Positions 50,470-62,660 of a stretch of DNA of 64,000 nucleotides are shown piece by piece; within the stretch, counting starts at the first letter, position 1, and every line of letters starts with the position of its first letter. The translations under genes and the position numbers were made by a program. The notes beneath the pieces were generated by a model. That model worked only from the letters and a program-made list of their open reading frames with translations. It did no database searches and was not told the DNA's origin. This DNA comes from Phoronis australis (lineage: Eukaryota > Animalia > Phoronida), in the NCBI GenBank assembly GCA_002633005.1, contig NMRA01000185.1:659297-723296 (forward strand). Direction: 5' to 3'.

Positions 50470-52578
50470 GCATGGACGGCTAAAAATCTCTCCGCAAAAG
50501 CAGAGCCGTTTTGAATGTTATGCCGCCAAAACCATATCCGTACACGCTTAGAAAGGACTCTGTAAGTACTACTGACGAGATGTCTGAAGAAATTAAGGAA
50601 ATAATCTTGCGAGTTGAGGCTAGTTTGGGTGCGAAAATTGACGGTGTCCTAGAGAACATTGACACCATTCAAACGCAATCGACTGGGTTGAACACTAAAA
50701 TGGACAATGCACAACAGGAAATTGACAGTCTCAGTGAACAAGTCAAAATGCTGAAAACGCGTGCCCTTGAAGAAGAGACAAGGAACAGGAGATACAACTT
50801 GCTAATTTATGGCTTGAATGACTCTGACGGGATTAACGAATACATACAGTCGAAGGTGAGAGATTTGGTCGGCTCTCTCGGCATAGCCCCAGACTTTGCG
50901 CGTACATTTCCTATCGTAAACGTTCATCGAATTCCCCGAAAAGTTAAACACGACGAGTCGCCCGATCCAGTGGTGGTCAAATTTATGTCAATTTTTCACA
51001 GGGATCAAGTATGGAGAGCAAGTTGGAACAGACAGGTAAGGGATGGAATAGTTTTCCGCACAGATTTGCCAGTAGTTTTGAAACAGAAATGAAGAAAGCC
51101 AGCTGCGAGAGCCTACTCCATTTGGAAAGACCAGGGATGGCACACGAGAATCCGTGAGTCAAAGTCTGACGTCTGGCTTGAAGTTCGCGAAAATAAGGAG
51201 GCCCAATGGAACAAACTTGAGTGATGGAATCTAGATAACTGGATCTTGAACAGTGTTTAAAATGACTGTTTTCAGCATCGTTTTTGTTCTATTTTTTATA
51301 TTGTTACACAGTTCAAGTAAACTCATGTGTAGTGTATATGGGTTTCTCTCAGTGCTCGAGGATTATCATTGCTTCATTTATTGTTTTTCGTGGGCCTTGG
51401 GCCGAGTCTCCGAAATATATACATATATGTATGTGATGTAGGCCTATGTTGGTTTATTTTTTATGCAATACTTGGTGTAACTCCCAGGTCAAGGTGTTTC
51501 CCCGCGTGCCTTGTTTATTGAGCAAATACACAACGTACATGTGACATTTCAAATGCTTTGCATTTGCATATCGATAGGCCTGTTGTTTCCATTCTCTTTT
51601 CACTAAGCCGTGTTCTATTACTGTTGCTATAGGTACATGATTACAGGCTCTGTTTGCACCGGGCTGATCTGTCTTGATTTCATTTGCATATGAAGAACAT
51701 TGCTGTATGTACATGTATAGTTTCTTGTGTGAGTGTGAGTGTGTGCGTGATTGTTTCAGGGGGAGCTATTCAGATTTTCTCTATGTATATTGATCATGGC
51801 TAGCATACGTTTGTTTTCAATGAACTGCAGGGGCCTTCAAAGTCTTTACAAACGCAGAGATGTTTTTAATTTACATAATAAACAATTTTCTATATACTGT
51901 TTACAGGACACACACTTTGTACCAACCGATGAACCTGTTGTAAAAGCAATGTGGGGTGGTGATGTGATAATGCGCTGTGGTACAAGTAATTCCCGAGGTG
52001 TATGCATACTGTTCAAAAACAATTTTGAGTACGAACTAACAGATATTGTAGGTGACGAAGAGGGTAATCTTTTGATAGTAAATTTTATCATTGAAAAAAC
52101 ATTCTCGGTCACATTGATTAATATTTATGGTCCCAATAATGACAATCCAATTTTTCAGCGCCACCTAGATAATTCTGATGGAACGCCTGTTGTTTTATGT
52201 GGGGACTGGAACCTCGTCCAGACTTTTGAATTGGATTGCGTCAGTTATGAACGCATTAATAATCTAAACGCCAGACTCGAGGTTCTCGACTTTGAGGAAA
52301 ACTAACCCTATGAAAAAAGCCAGGCTTGATTTTTTTCTAATTTCGGAAAAGATCCACGGCATGAGTCTACAGGGATAATACCAGGATATCGAAGTGATCA
52401 TCATGCCATTACTATTGAAATTAAAATTACGGAATTCCAGCGCGGCCGAGGTCTATGGCGTTTTAACAATTCTTTATTAAAAGACTCTGACTTAGTTAAT
52501 CGTATTAAACAAGTTATAGACGAGAGTATTGTGGAGTATGCCGCTCTACCCTATGACAGGCAAAATGTTCTACATATT
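50470..52578 (+). mobile_element. L1/Tx1 LINE 5' portion: ORF1 (coiled coil + RRM-like) and ORF2 endonuclease, decayed
   Basis: ORF1 EETRNRRYNLLIYGL..VHRI..VVVKF..RTDLP with a premature TGA at 51092. ORF2 SMNCRGL, CLQDTH, SNSRGV, NIYGPN, CGDWN, RSDHH, WRFNNSLL. The frame resumes briefly (PKADL) after 55411. Confidence 0.88.
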
Positions 52579-55404
52579 TAGCGAGGACAGCACTCTTCAG
52601 CGAATCGCTTCGTAACCGTGTTAAATTCGCTCACTACAATCGGCAAAAAATAACTCAAAAATGTAATAAATGTGAATAAAAATTATTGCAAAGTATGAAA
52701 GAATATATCGTTTTACTTATCTGATAATCTTTTTTTGTCACAAAATTTGTTTAATAATACTTTGCACGAGTTTTTTGCAGGGACGTGATCGATTTTTCAG
52801 ACCAAAATGGATGCCGTTAAAAATGACTGCTATTTGGTTTTCAACCCAGGAGAAGACTAAACTCGTGAATTTTTACGTGAAACTTCGTGAAAGAACAAAA
52901 GGGAGCCTTACGAACCCGATTATGTAAGTAGTTTTCACTTTCCTGCACTTAAAAGTTGAAAAAGTCGCCTGTTCCCGCGACCTTCAACTTCGAGCTGAAT
53001 TTATTGGTATATAGCATAATTTGCGAATGTAATGAACTGTATTCCACACTAAAGGGCTCCTTAATGAACTATTTCTAACACTTTTTCTTAACGAACATTT
53101 CGTCAATTTCTGACAATCCGGCGAATTTCTTACTCACTTCGTGGTTCCGGGTACTGCCACTAGGGGTGGTCCTGTGAATCGCGTTGAATGTTTGGTTTAC
53201 AATACATACTGAAGCACTTCCCCTTTTCCTGATGAAAACTCAATGTAAAAGAGAACTAAACAGTCATTTCTCGAAGTGAGAACAATGATTCTTATATTTA
53301 AGTTTTTTTTTCTATTTTGCTTCACATTTTTGTTGGTCAAGCCACTGATAGACTTGGGTTGGCTTGCTGCCTTGTTGGTCATAACATTTTATACAGAATA
53401 TGTCAAGAAAGAAAATGAAAATGTTTTAATTTTAGATTAAACAAATATTACAAATGTACAGTTCTACTGTAGTCCTGTGTTTCCAAGACTTTGTGGTCCA
53501 CTACTTTGAAACATATACATGCTTTCGATAAACTTTTTTTCTGACCACGGGCCAGTATATATAGTAATTGAGGTTTGCCTAGAGTGTTCATAAAGCTCAC
53601 CCTGATCTTTATCCTCCAGGTAAGCTTCGTTGGAATTTCCTGTGGACCAAACCAGTTGTTATTTTCTTCATTATTTTTGTTCTTATAATTTCACTCCAAT
53701 TTATCAGTTTCTATCATCATCATGTCCCACATTTCTTTCTCAACAGACTCTGCTTCTAGCTCTTGGTCCAGATCCTTCTACTTTCCTGCTTCTACTGATT
53801 CTACTTGCATTTTATCAGTTATTCAGTTGGACATGATCTCATGACAAACGGTCAAAGCCTCCTTCATTTTGGCTCTCCCCTCCACCTATCGGACGGTGCT
53901 TTTCAGCTCCTGATGCTGTTGAGGAGTCCGCGAAGAAGTACCATATGCCAACACCACCTCTTAAGACACTGACAGACAAATACTGACAAGACCTATCTGG
54001 CTATTTCTTTTTTCTTTTCACAACCTTGTAGTTTAATACTATTATGTCACCTTTGTTTAAATGTGCATAATTTCCAAGTAGGGTAACATTTTGCATAACA
54101 CTGTTCAAATAATTATGAATTATAGTATTCTTTCAGGTCCTCGGCTATCTGTCTTGGTTTAATATCCATTACGACGAAGATGAGGCTATCTACTCCTTTC
54201 GGCTGATTGATGACTTTGGTCAAAGGGACTTCGAAGTGCTGGAATAACTCAGTGTTGCATATAGATACTCCGATGACTTATGATAGTCAGAAAGGGTTTG
54301 GCCCCCCCTTCCTTAAGGACGCCACAAGTCTGTGTAAGGTACTCCACTGACTTGGTCATTGAAAGGGTTTGGCTCCCTTTTCTTGAGGATGCCACAAGTC
54401 TCTAAGGTACTTCGCTGACGTACAGTAGTCAGTGAAAGAGTTTGGCCCCCTTCCTTGAGGATACCACAAGTCTGTGTAAGGAACTCCACTGAGCGTCTCT
54501 TTACTGGAAGGTACTCCACTGTCAATTGTCACAGAAAGGGTTTGGCCCCTCCTTCCTTGAGGATGCCTTGAGAACTTTGTTTATCTGTCCATCATAAATT
54601 CTTTTTTGTGTTCATATCACTCGAGACAATTTTAGGATTATGAATATTGCAGTTGTTGGTTTTATAGCATGAACATTCCTGGATGGCTCATGACAGGGTC
54701 TTCATTTTATTACATTGTTGTGGAAAGTTTATGTGAAAGTTTTATTTATTATATGTCTTTCAGAAGGTTGTATTAAAATGTTCTATTTATCATACTTGTC
54801 ATCAATACATTTTTGAAATGATGTTTGTTTATCTTTGATTTTTATTTAATGTAATTGATTTCGACAAAGTTAAGCCGGTTGCAAACAGCATGATTGTTAA
54901 AAACAATATCACAAATAATATCAATAATTTACTCAATCAATTTTAATATCAAGTTTCAACTTTCCTGATGAAAAATCTTTAAAATGATACCTTATTTGTT
55001 TTTTTCCTGGAGTAATTGTTATTTTATGAAAATTCGAAATCGCAAAATTGTACGTAGTGACTTCTCTTTGTCGGCTGTGTTGACTTTAAGGTCAATATCT
55101 TCGCACAGGAACGTCTAATCGAAATTGTTTTTTGGCAAATTATTCATCATAAAAAGTTCTTTAAAATGATGTATTACATGTCTATTTACGTTTCTTAGTT
55201 TTGAAATAATAATATTTTGAACTCGCAGATTCGATTTGACAGAATTTTTACCAAAAATTTTGACACAAAAATGACATTTTCTCCGGAACCATAAGTCCAA
55301 TTTAAAAAATTTTACTATCATTATTTTAGTCTCAAAAAGAGCTTTCTAATGATGTATATTACTTGCACATTTTCTAAAATTTTTGAAAAATGCTGTTCTC
55401 CCTA
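52579..55404. mobile_element. 2.8-kb non-autonomous DNA transposon with TAG...CTA termini and a 7-bp TSD (hAT-related?)
   Basis: TAGCGAGGACAGCACTCTTC versus the reverse complement of the right end, TAGGGAGAACAGCATTTTTC. TSD ACATATT at 52572-52578 and 55405-55411. Subterminal ~180-bp repeats at ~54970, 55151 and 55334. Confidence 0.75.
54285..54570. repeat. ~70-bp tandem repeat (4 copies)
   Basis: gaaagggtttggcccc..ttccttgaggatgccacaagtc at ~54291, 54361, 54435 and 54535. Confidence 0.8.
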
Positions 55405-56108
55405 ACATATTCCCAAGGCTGATCTGTCACGAGACAGGCAGGCAGAGGTACTGATGTGTAAGTGATATGCTTCGAGTTACTGGCCAACCACCACTCATTA
55501 TAGTTATTGCTAGGAGCAGACGAAAAGTGTCAATACACTGAAAAACTGAGGTATCTATCACTAAAATTTGCTGTTTGACAGCATATTTGTGATTTGTTGA
55601 CAGCGCAAGAAAAGTAGACTGTGTAGATGTACTGGCTCTAAAATTCTACCTCTAAAGTAACTCTTTGAAGAAATTTTAGGCTAGAGAAATCCGCACTCTA
55701 CAAAGTGGCGAGTCGATTAGACGTACCTCAAAAACAGAACCTGTCATACGGAAGTGGCTCTTGAACTGATCCGGCGAGTACAACAGGACAACATTCTCCA
55801 CAAACCCATCTATCCTGGCTCCTTCTCTAGACCTCAGACCACTCACGACTGCCGTATCTACTAAAGAACTCTCACACAATGAACACAATGTTGTAATCGG
55901 CAACATCATTGGCTCTTTGTTTTTCCTGTGGCGTCTTGTGATTGGTCTGTTTTTGTGTGTTCCCCGTATGTCTCCTATATAAGTCGTTGGCGCCACTGTC
56001 AGATGGGTTTTTTTCAAGAACCCGCAAGACGAGTCATCTATGGTTGCTCCGCTTGGCGTCAACTGACTGACTTATATCTTCATAAAAGTAAGTACTCTTG
56101 TGCCTAAC

Positions 56109-57037
56109 TAGGCAATGACCATCGCCTCTGTTGGCCCGAAACAGAGGCGATGTAGAGGCTATAGGCGCTCTGTACGCCGGAAGCTTTTCGGCGAATTATG
56201 CCTCGCACCGACTAAACCATCAAAGTCACGTTGTTATAAATACCTTTTGCGCATAGAGGAACACCTTAGGAGGTTGTCAATGTGTTTAAGTCCTTCCAAC
56301 TCCAACACATACTCCCATTATGAAACTTTTTCTTCGATCAGTCCCTATTTCAGTTCCCAAAATCGTGAAATCAAAATTTTCATTTTTTTAACCAGGCCGA
56401 AGGTCAGAAGTTGCGATCCTACCGGCGAACTTTGAAAGCTGAAGTTCCCGCCCTTCGCGTACGTGCTGCCGGGAACCAGCCGTGCATTTGCCGTGTTGTT
56501 AAACATTAAAATGTCAAATATGTGCACAAAGACTATTAAATGTTATATCAACAGCATTTATTTTTATCAAATACAAACAATAATTCATTGAAATACAATC
56601 AGTTTCAAGTAACGCCAATTAAAGACAAGTATAAGTGGTGGCATTTTGGAAACGAACATTTGACTGACAAGACCGCAATGGCTCACCTTTGGCCTATTTA
56701 AAGATTGAGGTCATGAAGTCACATCACCTAGCGAGCGCGGTAAAAATTGGAGCGTGCGCAGTATAAAAATGGTGAGTTCACGATTTTGGGAACTGAAATA
56801 GGGACTGCTCGAAGAAAAAGTTTGATAATGGGAGTATTTGTTCGAGTTGGAAGGAATTAAACACATCGACAACCTCCTAAGGTGTTCCTCTATGCGCAAA
56901 AGGTATTTATAACAACGTGACTTTGATGGTTTAGTCGGTGCGAGGCATAATTCGCCGAAAAGCTTCCGGCGAACAGAGCGCCTATAGCCTCTACATCGCC
57001 TCTGCTTCGGGCCAACAGAGGCGATGGTCATTGATTA
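56109..57037. mobile_element. MULE-like fold-back element, ~270-bp TIRs, 9-bp TSD
   Basis: 56113-56380 is a near-perfect inverted copy of 56770-57033. TSD GTGCCTAAC at 56100-56108 and 57038-57046. Confidence 0.85.
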
Positions 57038-59702
57038 GTGCCTAACTAGTGAACCTGTAGGAATACAACAATAACATTAAAATTTCTTAATCGTCACTTA
57101 GCTCTTCACTCATTACTAACTTTACTATAGCCTCCACCATTTAAACACCCACAATCCTTCCTATTTTCTTGCGCAAGTGTAGACTAGTACACCTAGCGTC
57201 TACAGAACGCACCCCCGGACTATGATGTTATATTTGTTACAGGTAATTTTAAGCCCCGAGCACGGTCTCAAGCAAAAACGAAGCCTCAGCTATTTACAAG
57301 ACTTGAAACGTCTTATCGTCTGAATAAGGAAACTCTTACCAATTTTTGGAATACAAACTGTTGTTTTGTGCCAAGTTTGGAAGGGTTCAAATCACAGCAG
57401 CTGTCATCCATGGGCGCAGACATCTTGGCTTCAAAAAGAGGCTACACGTGATCGAAAAATTGTAGGGAAATCCACTGAGACTATGTGGTATCATGATATT
57501 TTTTTTAAATCAATGGTTTGTTTTTCATTCGTAGATAAAAATTAGATAACATATGTGAAAAAATACAGATCTACTATATTTGCTAAGTTCTATTTCCCAA
57601 CAAATAGTTCAATTAAAAATCAATTTCAACAAATTTCTCCCCAAGAGACTAGTTCATGACGTCAGTGGTCATGGGACTAAAATTCGCCATTTTGAAAAGT
57701 AGGTGTCATCAAAGAGAGAAAGAGAAGAAGAAAGTAAATTTTTGGCATCGTTTTTGTAAGTACTTGTGTCCTAACGGCGTCAGTACACTTTACCAGGTTA
57801 CGACCTGGGACAGCACTTATAAAAAAGTGCGAGTTATTTGTACAAGGTCTTCTCCGTCATAAAAGTCCCAGGACTGGGTGTTGAAGTCGAAAATCGAGTT
57901 TTCGTTTTCCAAATCGAAGATCATACAGTTTAACGGATGCGTGTCAAATTTAAAAGTATCTCAGCGTCATGCCCTGAGTACAGGATGAGAGTGAAATTTT
58001 CCAGCCGGCACTAGTCGGATGTAGCGGACCCACTTTAAACCACCATAACTTCCTTTAATTTTTAATCTAGAATCAAACGTCACGCAGGCCACCACTGAAG
58101 AGTGAAGTTTAGTTTGCCAACGGCTTGGCAGATTTTTAGAGGGAGTATGCACCACAGATATAATGTTCATGCTGCCAACGAAACTCCTTATAAGGCAACG
58201 AGATGAACTCTGTCCATCTCAATGGGCCGGTGGCACCAAAAGTAACCAATAAAATTCATCTAAGTGAGAAATACACAAACAACAACAAATGAAAGCCATA
58301 AAAAGCAGTTTCATGCAAATGTTTGTTGAGACTGGTATTCGTAAAGTCCTATCCTGGGGGCCACGGAGTATAGAAAAATGTGCTTCGAAAATCAAAATTC
58401 TGGCCATCACAGTTCAAGAAGACGCACGTTGTATAAACTGCTGCGCAAAGGTTGTCTTTGCTGACAACATATACTTCGCAGAACTAATCAACGAGCCGTA
58501 ATTAGTTTCAATGGGTTATATTACCAGTTGTCCGCCGAATACAAAAAGGTGAACAACAAAAGCAAATAGGCCTAACGATCATCGACTTTCCTGGCGGACT
58601 GCACCTCACAGTTAGCACTGAGCCTTTGTTTAAATTCAATTGACTATGTCTAGTTGGTCGAGATGAATTGAAAAGATAACTGAGAGATTATTTACACGCT
58701 GCGTTACACCATAAATAGACTAGCTGCCTGGTCTGCCCCTTGAGTGAGACCGGTAATTAGGCTGTCCACAACTGACCACTTACTTAGCCTTTATTCAGTT
58801 TCAATGGGCAATGGCCAGTTGATGTCAAGCGTAATTTGAATAAGTGAAGACCTTATTTACGACGACGACGCCTTTTTTACAAATCAGTCCCTATGTTTTT
58901 AAACTGGTCGCGGGACATTTAAACAGGACACGCGCTCGGCCAAACTGGACACTGCGACACGTTAAAAGTGGTCATGGAGAACACTGAACATAATATGCCA
59001 AGTGCGACAATATCTATAGCGGCACACATGCTTGTGATACAACTGAGTCAGTGGAATCGGCCGAACATTATTGGATGTGTAACCAAGGAAAAAATGAATT
59101 GAATATGACGCTTGTCGACACCTTGTTTAGGTGGGTGCAATGGAATGTCCGGTGAACAAAGTGATCATACCTTACGATGACATGGGGAAGAGGCAAAAGA
59201 CGGTAGTCGGTGTAAATATCCGTGAAGCATCACAGGTCATGACACTCTGAGCAAATAGTTTTAGAACAATTATGATAGAGTATACAAATTTAACGACGTG
59301 ATTGGGCGTGGATTTTTCTGGCATGGCTCATCAGAATATGTACAATTCTTCGAGACCGATTCTTCATCAGGACTTGACGAAGTGGGAAAAAGCGCTTACT
59401 GCGGTAAATGTTTTAGTTCAGTGGAAAATGACATGACATTTTTAACCATCAAATTGCCAAAACTTAACATTTCAGAATAAGTCTTCGATGGTCACAAATG
59501 CCACGTAAGTAGGTGGTATTTGCCGGATAGTTTGAAAAACTTATGAAGTTTTGTGGCCACCATTGATTCCCGTAGGAAAGGTTCAAATGCCACCAAAATG
59601 ATCACGAGTTCTGCCACTGGTATCAGTGGGAGTGGATTAAAAATGCAACGAAAGTCACTCTTTTCGAAGATAACCAATAAAATATGAATATTCATAAAAG
59701 AC

Positions 59703-62660
59703 ATGACACCTGAAAGTTGTGAGATGCCCATTTCAAGTACGTGCACCTATGACTACGTGGGTACCATTTTCAAAATGTCTCATGCTGAAATAGCCGAGTT
59801 CACGCGTGACTAAGACGCAGCGCTTCAGATTCTGAGAGCTCACAACGCCATCAGATGCCAGCCACCCCAATATAGGGTGTGCCCTCATTTGATGATCGAG
59901 GCGCGTGGTGGCTCAGGAAGAGGTGGGAAGATCTGGCGCTGCCCGAAGCACTAGGCTCAGAAGATGTCACTGCGAGGCGACTCCTCTTGGTCCAAGTCCA
60001 GATTGACACTGCAGCTATTGATACAGCTTTTGTGGGCATGGACATTCAAGCAACCGATAGCGCTTGCCGAGGAGATTCTAGGAATAGACTGGACAGTGGT
60101 AACGACTTGGTACGGCTATCTCCGAGACGCATGCTCCACCCAACTCATGAACAGCCCCATACGGGTTGGTGGCCACGGAGTCGTGCAAATTGACGAGTCG
60201 TTGATGGCAAGAAGAAAGAACAACGTGGCCCATGTGGTTTAGCAACGATGGGTGTTTGGAGGATACTTCCCCACACAGGACGTTGGATTTCGGCAGTTTG
60301 TGCTGAACAGGAACGCCAATACCAAGACTTGGAATTATCCTCGGAAACGCGGATTTCTGGTTTTTTCTTTTATGCTCTCCGTGTATTTTCGTTATATTTC
60401 TGCGAAAAAAATCAGATTTGCCATAAAATTATCGCGGCAAATTGGTTTCTCACCGCGGCGTTGCCGACGACTCGAAAAGCGGAAACTGCTCTTTATGTCT
60501 CGGAGGAACAAAAACTGTACTTGTGGATCACAGGTGCCCGAATTTCCCGATGACTTGTAACCATATATAAGAAACATATTTTCTTAGTAGTGAGTGACAG
60601 CAGCGGCAATCGAGCAACAAATAAATTCAAGCGCCTGTGCCTGGGATAACGTGGTTCATCAATGGCGTCTGCATTTGGTATAAAGTCACGGTGACAAATA
60701 GTGCGATTTTGCGGTCTAAAATGCGTGGAGTAAACAGAATATTTCGTGGAAAAGTGGATAAAACAGGGCTTGGAATTTTCCGCGGAAACGTGGATTTCCG
60801 CTTTTTTCAAATGTTCTGTCCGTGCATTTTATTATATTTCTGCATAAAAAAATAGGATTTGATATAAAATTTCCGCGGCAAATTCCTTTCTTACCGCGGC
60901 GTTGCAGACGACGTTCACCTCGAAATGCGGAAGTTGCTCTTTATGTTTCGGAGGAACGTGAATTGTCAACATTGCCGGGGCATCTTGGATAGCGTGGTGG
61001 GATTTTCAATGGCGTCTCGTGCTATTGTAAACCGCGGCGACAAATACTACGGCTCTGCAGCCAAAAATGGTGGTAACGTTCTTTTTTTTTTTTTAGTCCC
61101 GATTTTTGTCGGGGAAAGGTTCACATCGACCAGTAGCGCGCATGGTTTGGGCTGTAAAAGTTTCCGTGTTTTTTGTCATTGGTCATTCCAAGCCCTGATA
61201 AAAGAAACGACCAATGTCTTCACAAACAACATAAGTCAAGGTTTGTGCTCTGTAAACTTTGAGAGAGGAACAATTATGGAGTGTTTGGCCCAAGTCGCCT
61301 TGGACTAAGTCGGAATCGGAGGACCGACTGAAAACGATGAAACGCTAGAAATAACAATGCTTCCTGAAATGAAATTCAACTGTAACCGGTTATTCGTTGG
61401 ATTGGAATCATGGGATGTGAGTGATATATGAAATTCTTTTGTTTGATCCCACATGCACGCCCGTTGCCGTTGGCTGCTAGTGCTAGGCCTGACCATCTGA
61501 GTGCAATTTTCTACGTGCCGCCGAAACGGGATACAAAGTGCTATTTTCATTACTGCAAATGTGTTTTAAATTGCTGTTTATGTTTTCAATTTATTTTGAC
61601 ATTTTTCTTGTTCTAATGTGACTCGAGTTCTGCAGTTCGAGAGAAGTGATCACATGACATTCTGAATGATCTGATTGGTCTAAGCCATTGTTTACAAATT
61701 CCGCCAGCCTATTTTCAGTATCCTGGTAGTTATTTCTTATGTCACATAGTTTCTTCTACACCAGTGTGGCTTATGAACAATTAACTCCTGTAATTACTGT
61801 GTGAAACTGAAAGTTAGGCCAACTTAGGATTGGGGTTGATGTATTCTATGGTTTAAAGCAGGGCTCGTTATGCACTGAATTGTTTATTCGGTTAAAGCAT
61901 GGTTTCACAGATTTTTTTTCGACAGACGTTTTTCAAACATGAGTTAAGTTGCAAAATGTGGACTGCGAACAAAAAGTGGAGGAAATTTGCCCTCGGAGTT
62001 AGTTTGAATCTTTGATGCCAGCCAGTAGCAGGTCAGACCTAGCAAAATCCCGGATACTTTTTCAACGGGCATTTTCTCCCTTTTCAAATCGCAAACTTAG
62101 CTACTCGAATGCACGTGTCAGTTAGAGAGCACTAATTCAACTTTCACGTCGGGAACATGACTTGCGCTCTAGAGACTTTCAATGGCGGTTGTGAAGAACA
62201 GTAACGCCGTAGCTGCATGAACGAAGTCAGTTTTAGGATCTGAAATTTGTGAGTATTTAATGGGGCAGGAAAGAGCATAATCTAAACATTTTCTTGATGA
62301 TCTAAAATCAAATTTGGCGCGTAAAAATGGCGTGAAAATTTTGCGACCTGGCATCTATGAATTCGAGCTGGATTTTGGAAATGCAACCTGGGATTCTGGC
62401 TAGGTCGCAAAATGCGACACACCAGAGGTCAACCATGCCATGAACTTCGTTGATCCACAGACTGGGGCACACAACAACCATGTCAAGTGTTACTGGAACA
62501 ACATGAAGATGTGGTTCAAGAGCATGTGTGGTGTCCTCCCTGACATGGATGCGCATTTTAACGAGTTCATGTGGCTGGAACATTACGTGGGCAATAGCGG
62601 TCGACAGGCTTTTTTACAATAGTCGACCACATAGCACTGTGGTACCCCACTCCTTGAGTA
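59703..62660 (+). pseudogene. Merlin / IS1595 (ISXO2-like) transposase, split by a ~2.1-kb insertion
   Basis: WYGYLRDAC...VGGHGVVQIDESLMARRKNN...*QRWVFGG...NRNANT (to ~60322). It resumes with VNH..NFVDPQTGAHNNHVKCYWNNMK...HFNEFMW (62428-62620). Confidence 0.85.
60324..61080. repeat. ~441-bp tandem duplication inside the Merlin-interrupting insertion
   Basis: cttggaatt.tcc.cggaaacg.ggatttc at 60328 and 60769. gcggcaaatt..tttct.accgcggcgttgc at 60434 and 60875. Confidence 0.7.

Larger units (their letters stand above)
48127..55850 (-). pseudogene. PIF/Harbinger (HARBI1-like) DDE transposase, spliced and decayed
   Basis: Exons ~55850-55727 (IDGFVENVV..YSPDQFKSHFRM..SVFE|GT), 49889-49705 (IKWP...GIPGVIGAIDGTYI...ICRKGFPAMHLQ) and 48605-48127 (VVC..FTDVFCGYPGSAHDSRVF..FNVAHARTRCDVERSIGILKGKF..CVLHN). 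Contains a stop and a frameshift. Confidence 0.85.

Noticed and set aside
56115-57031. Two near-identical 106-aa ORFs on opposite strands (apparent gene pair)
   Set aside because: They are translations of the two TIRs of one fold-back element, and similarity stops where the TIRs stop.
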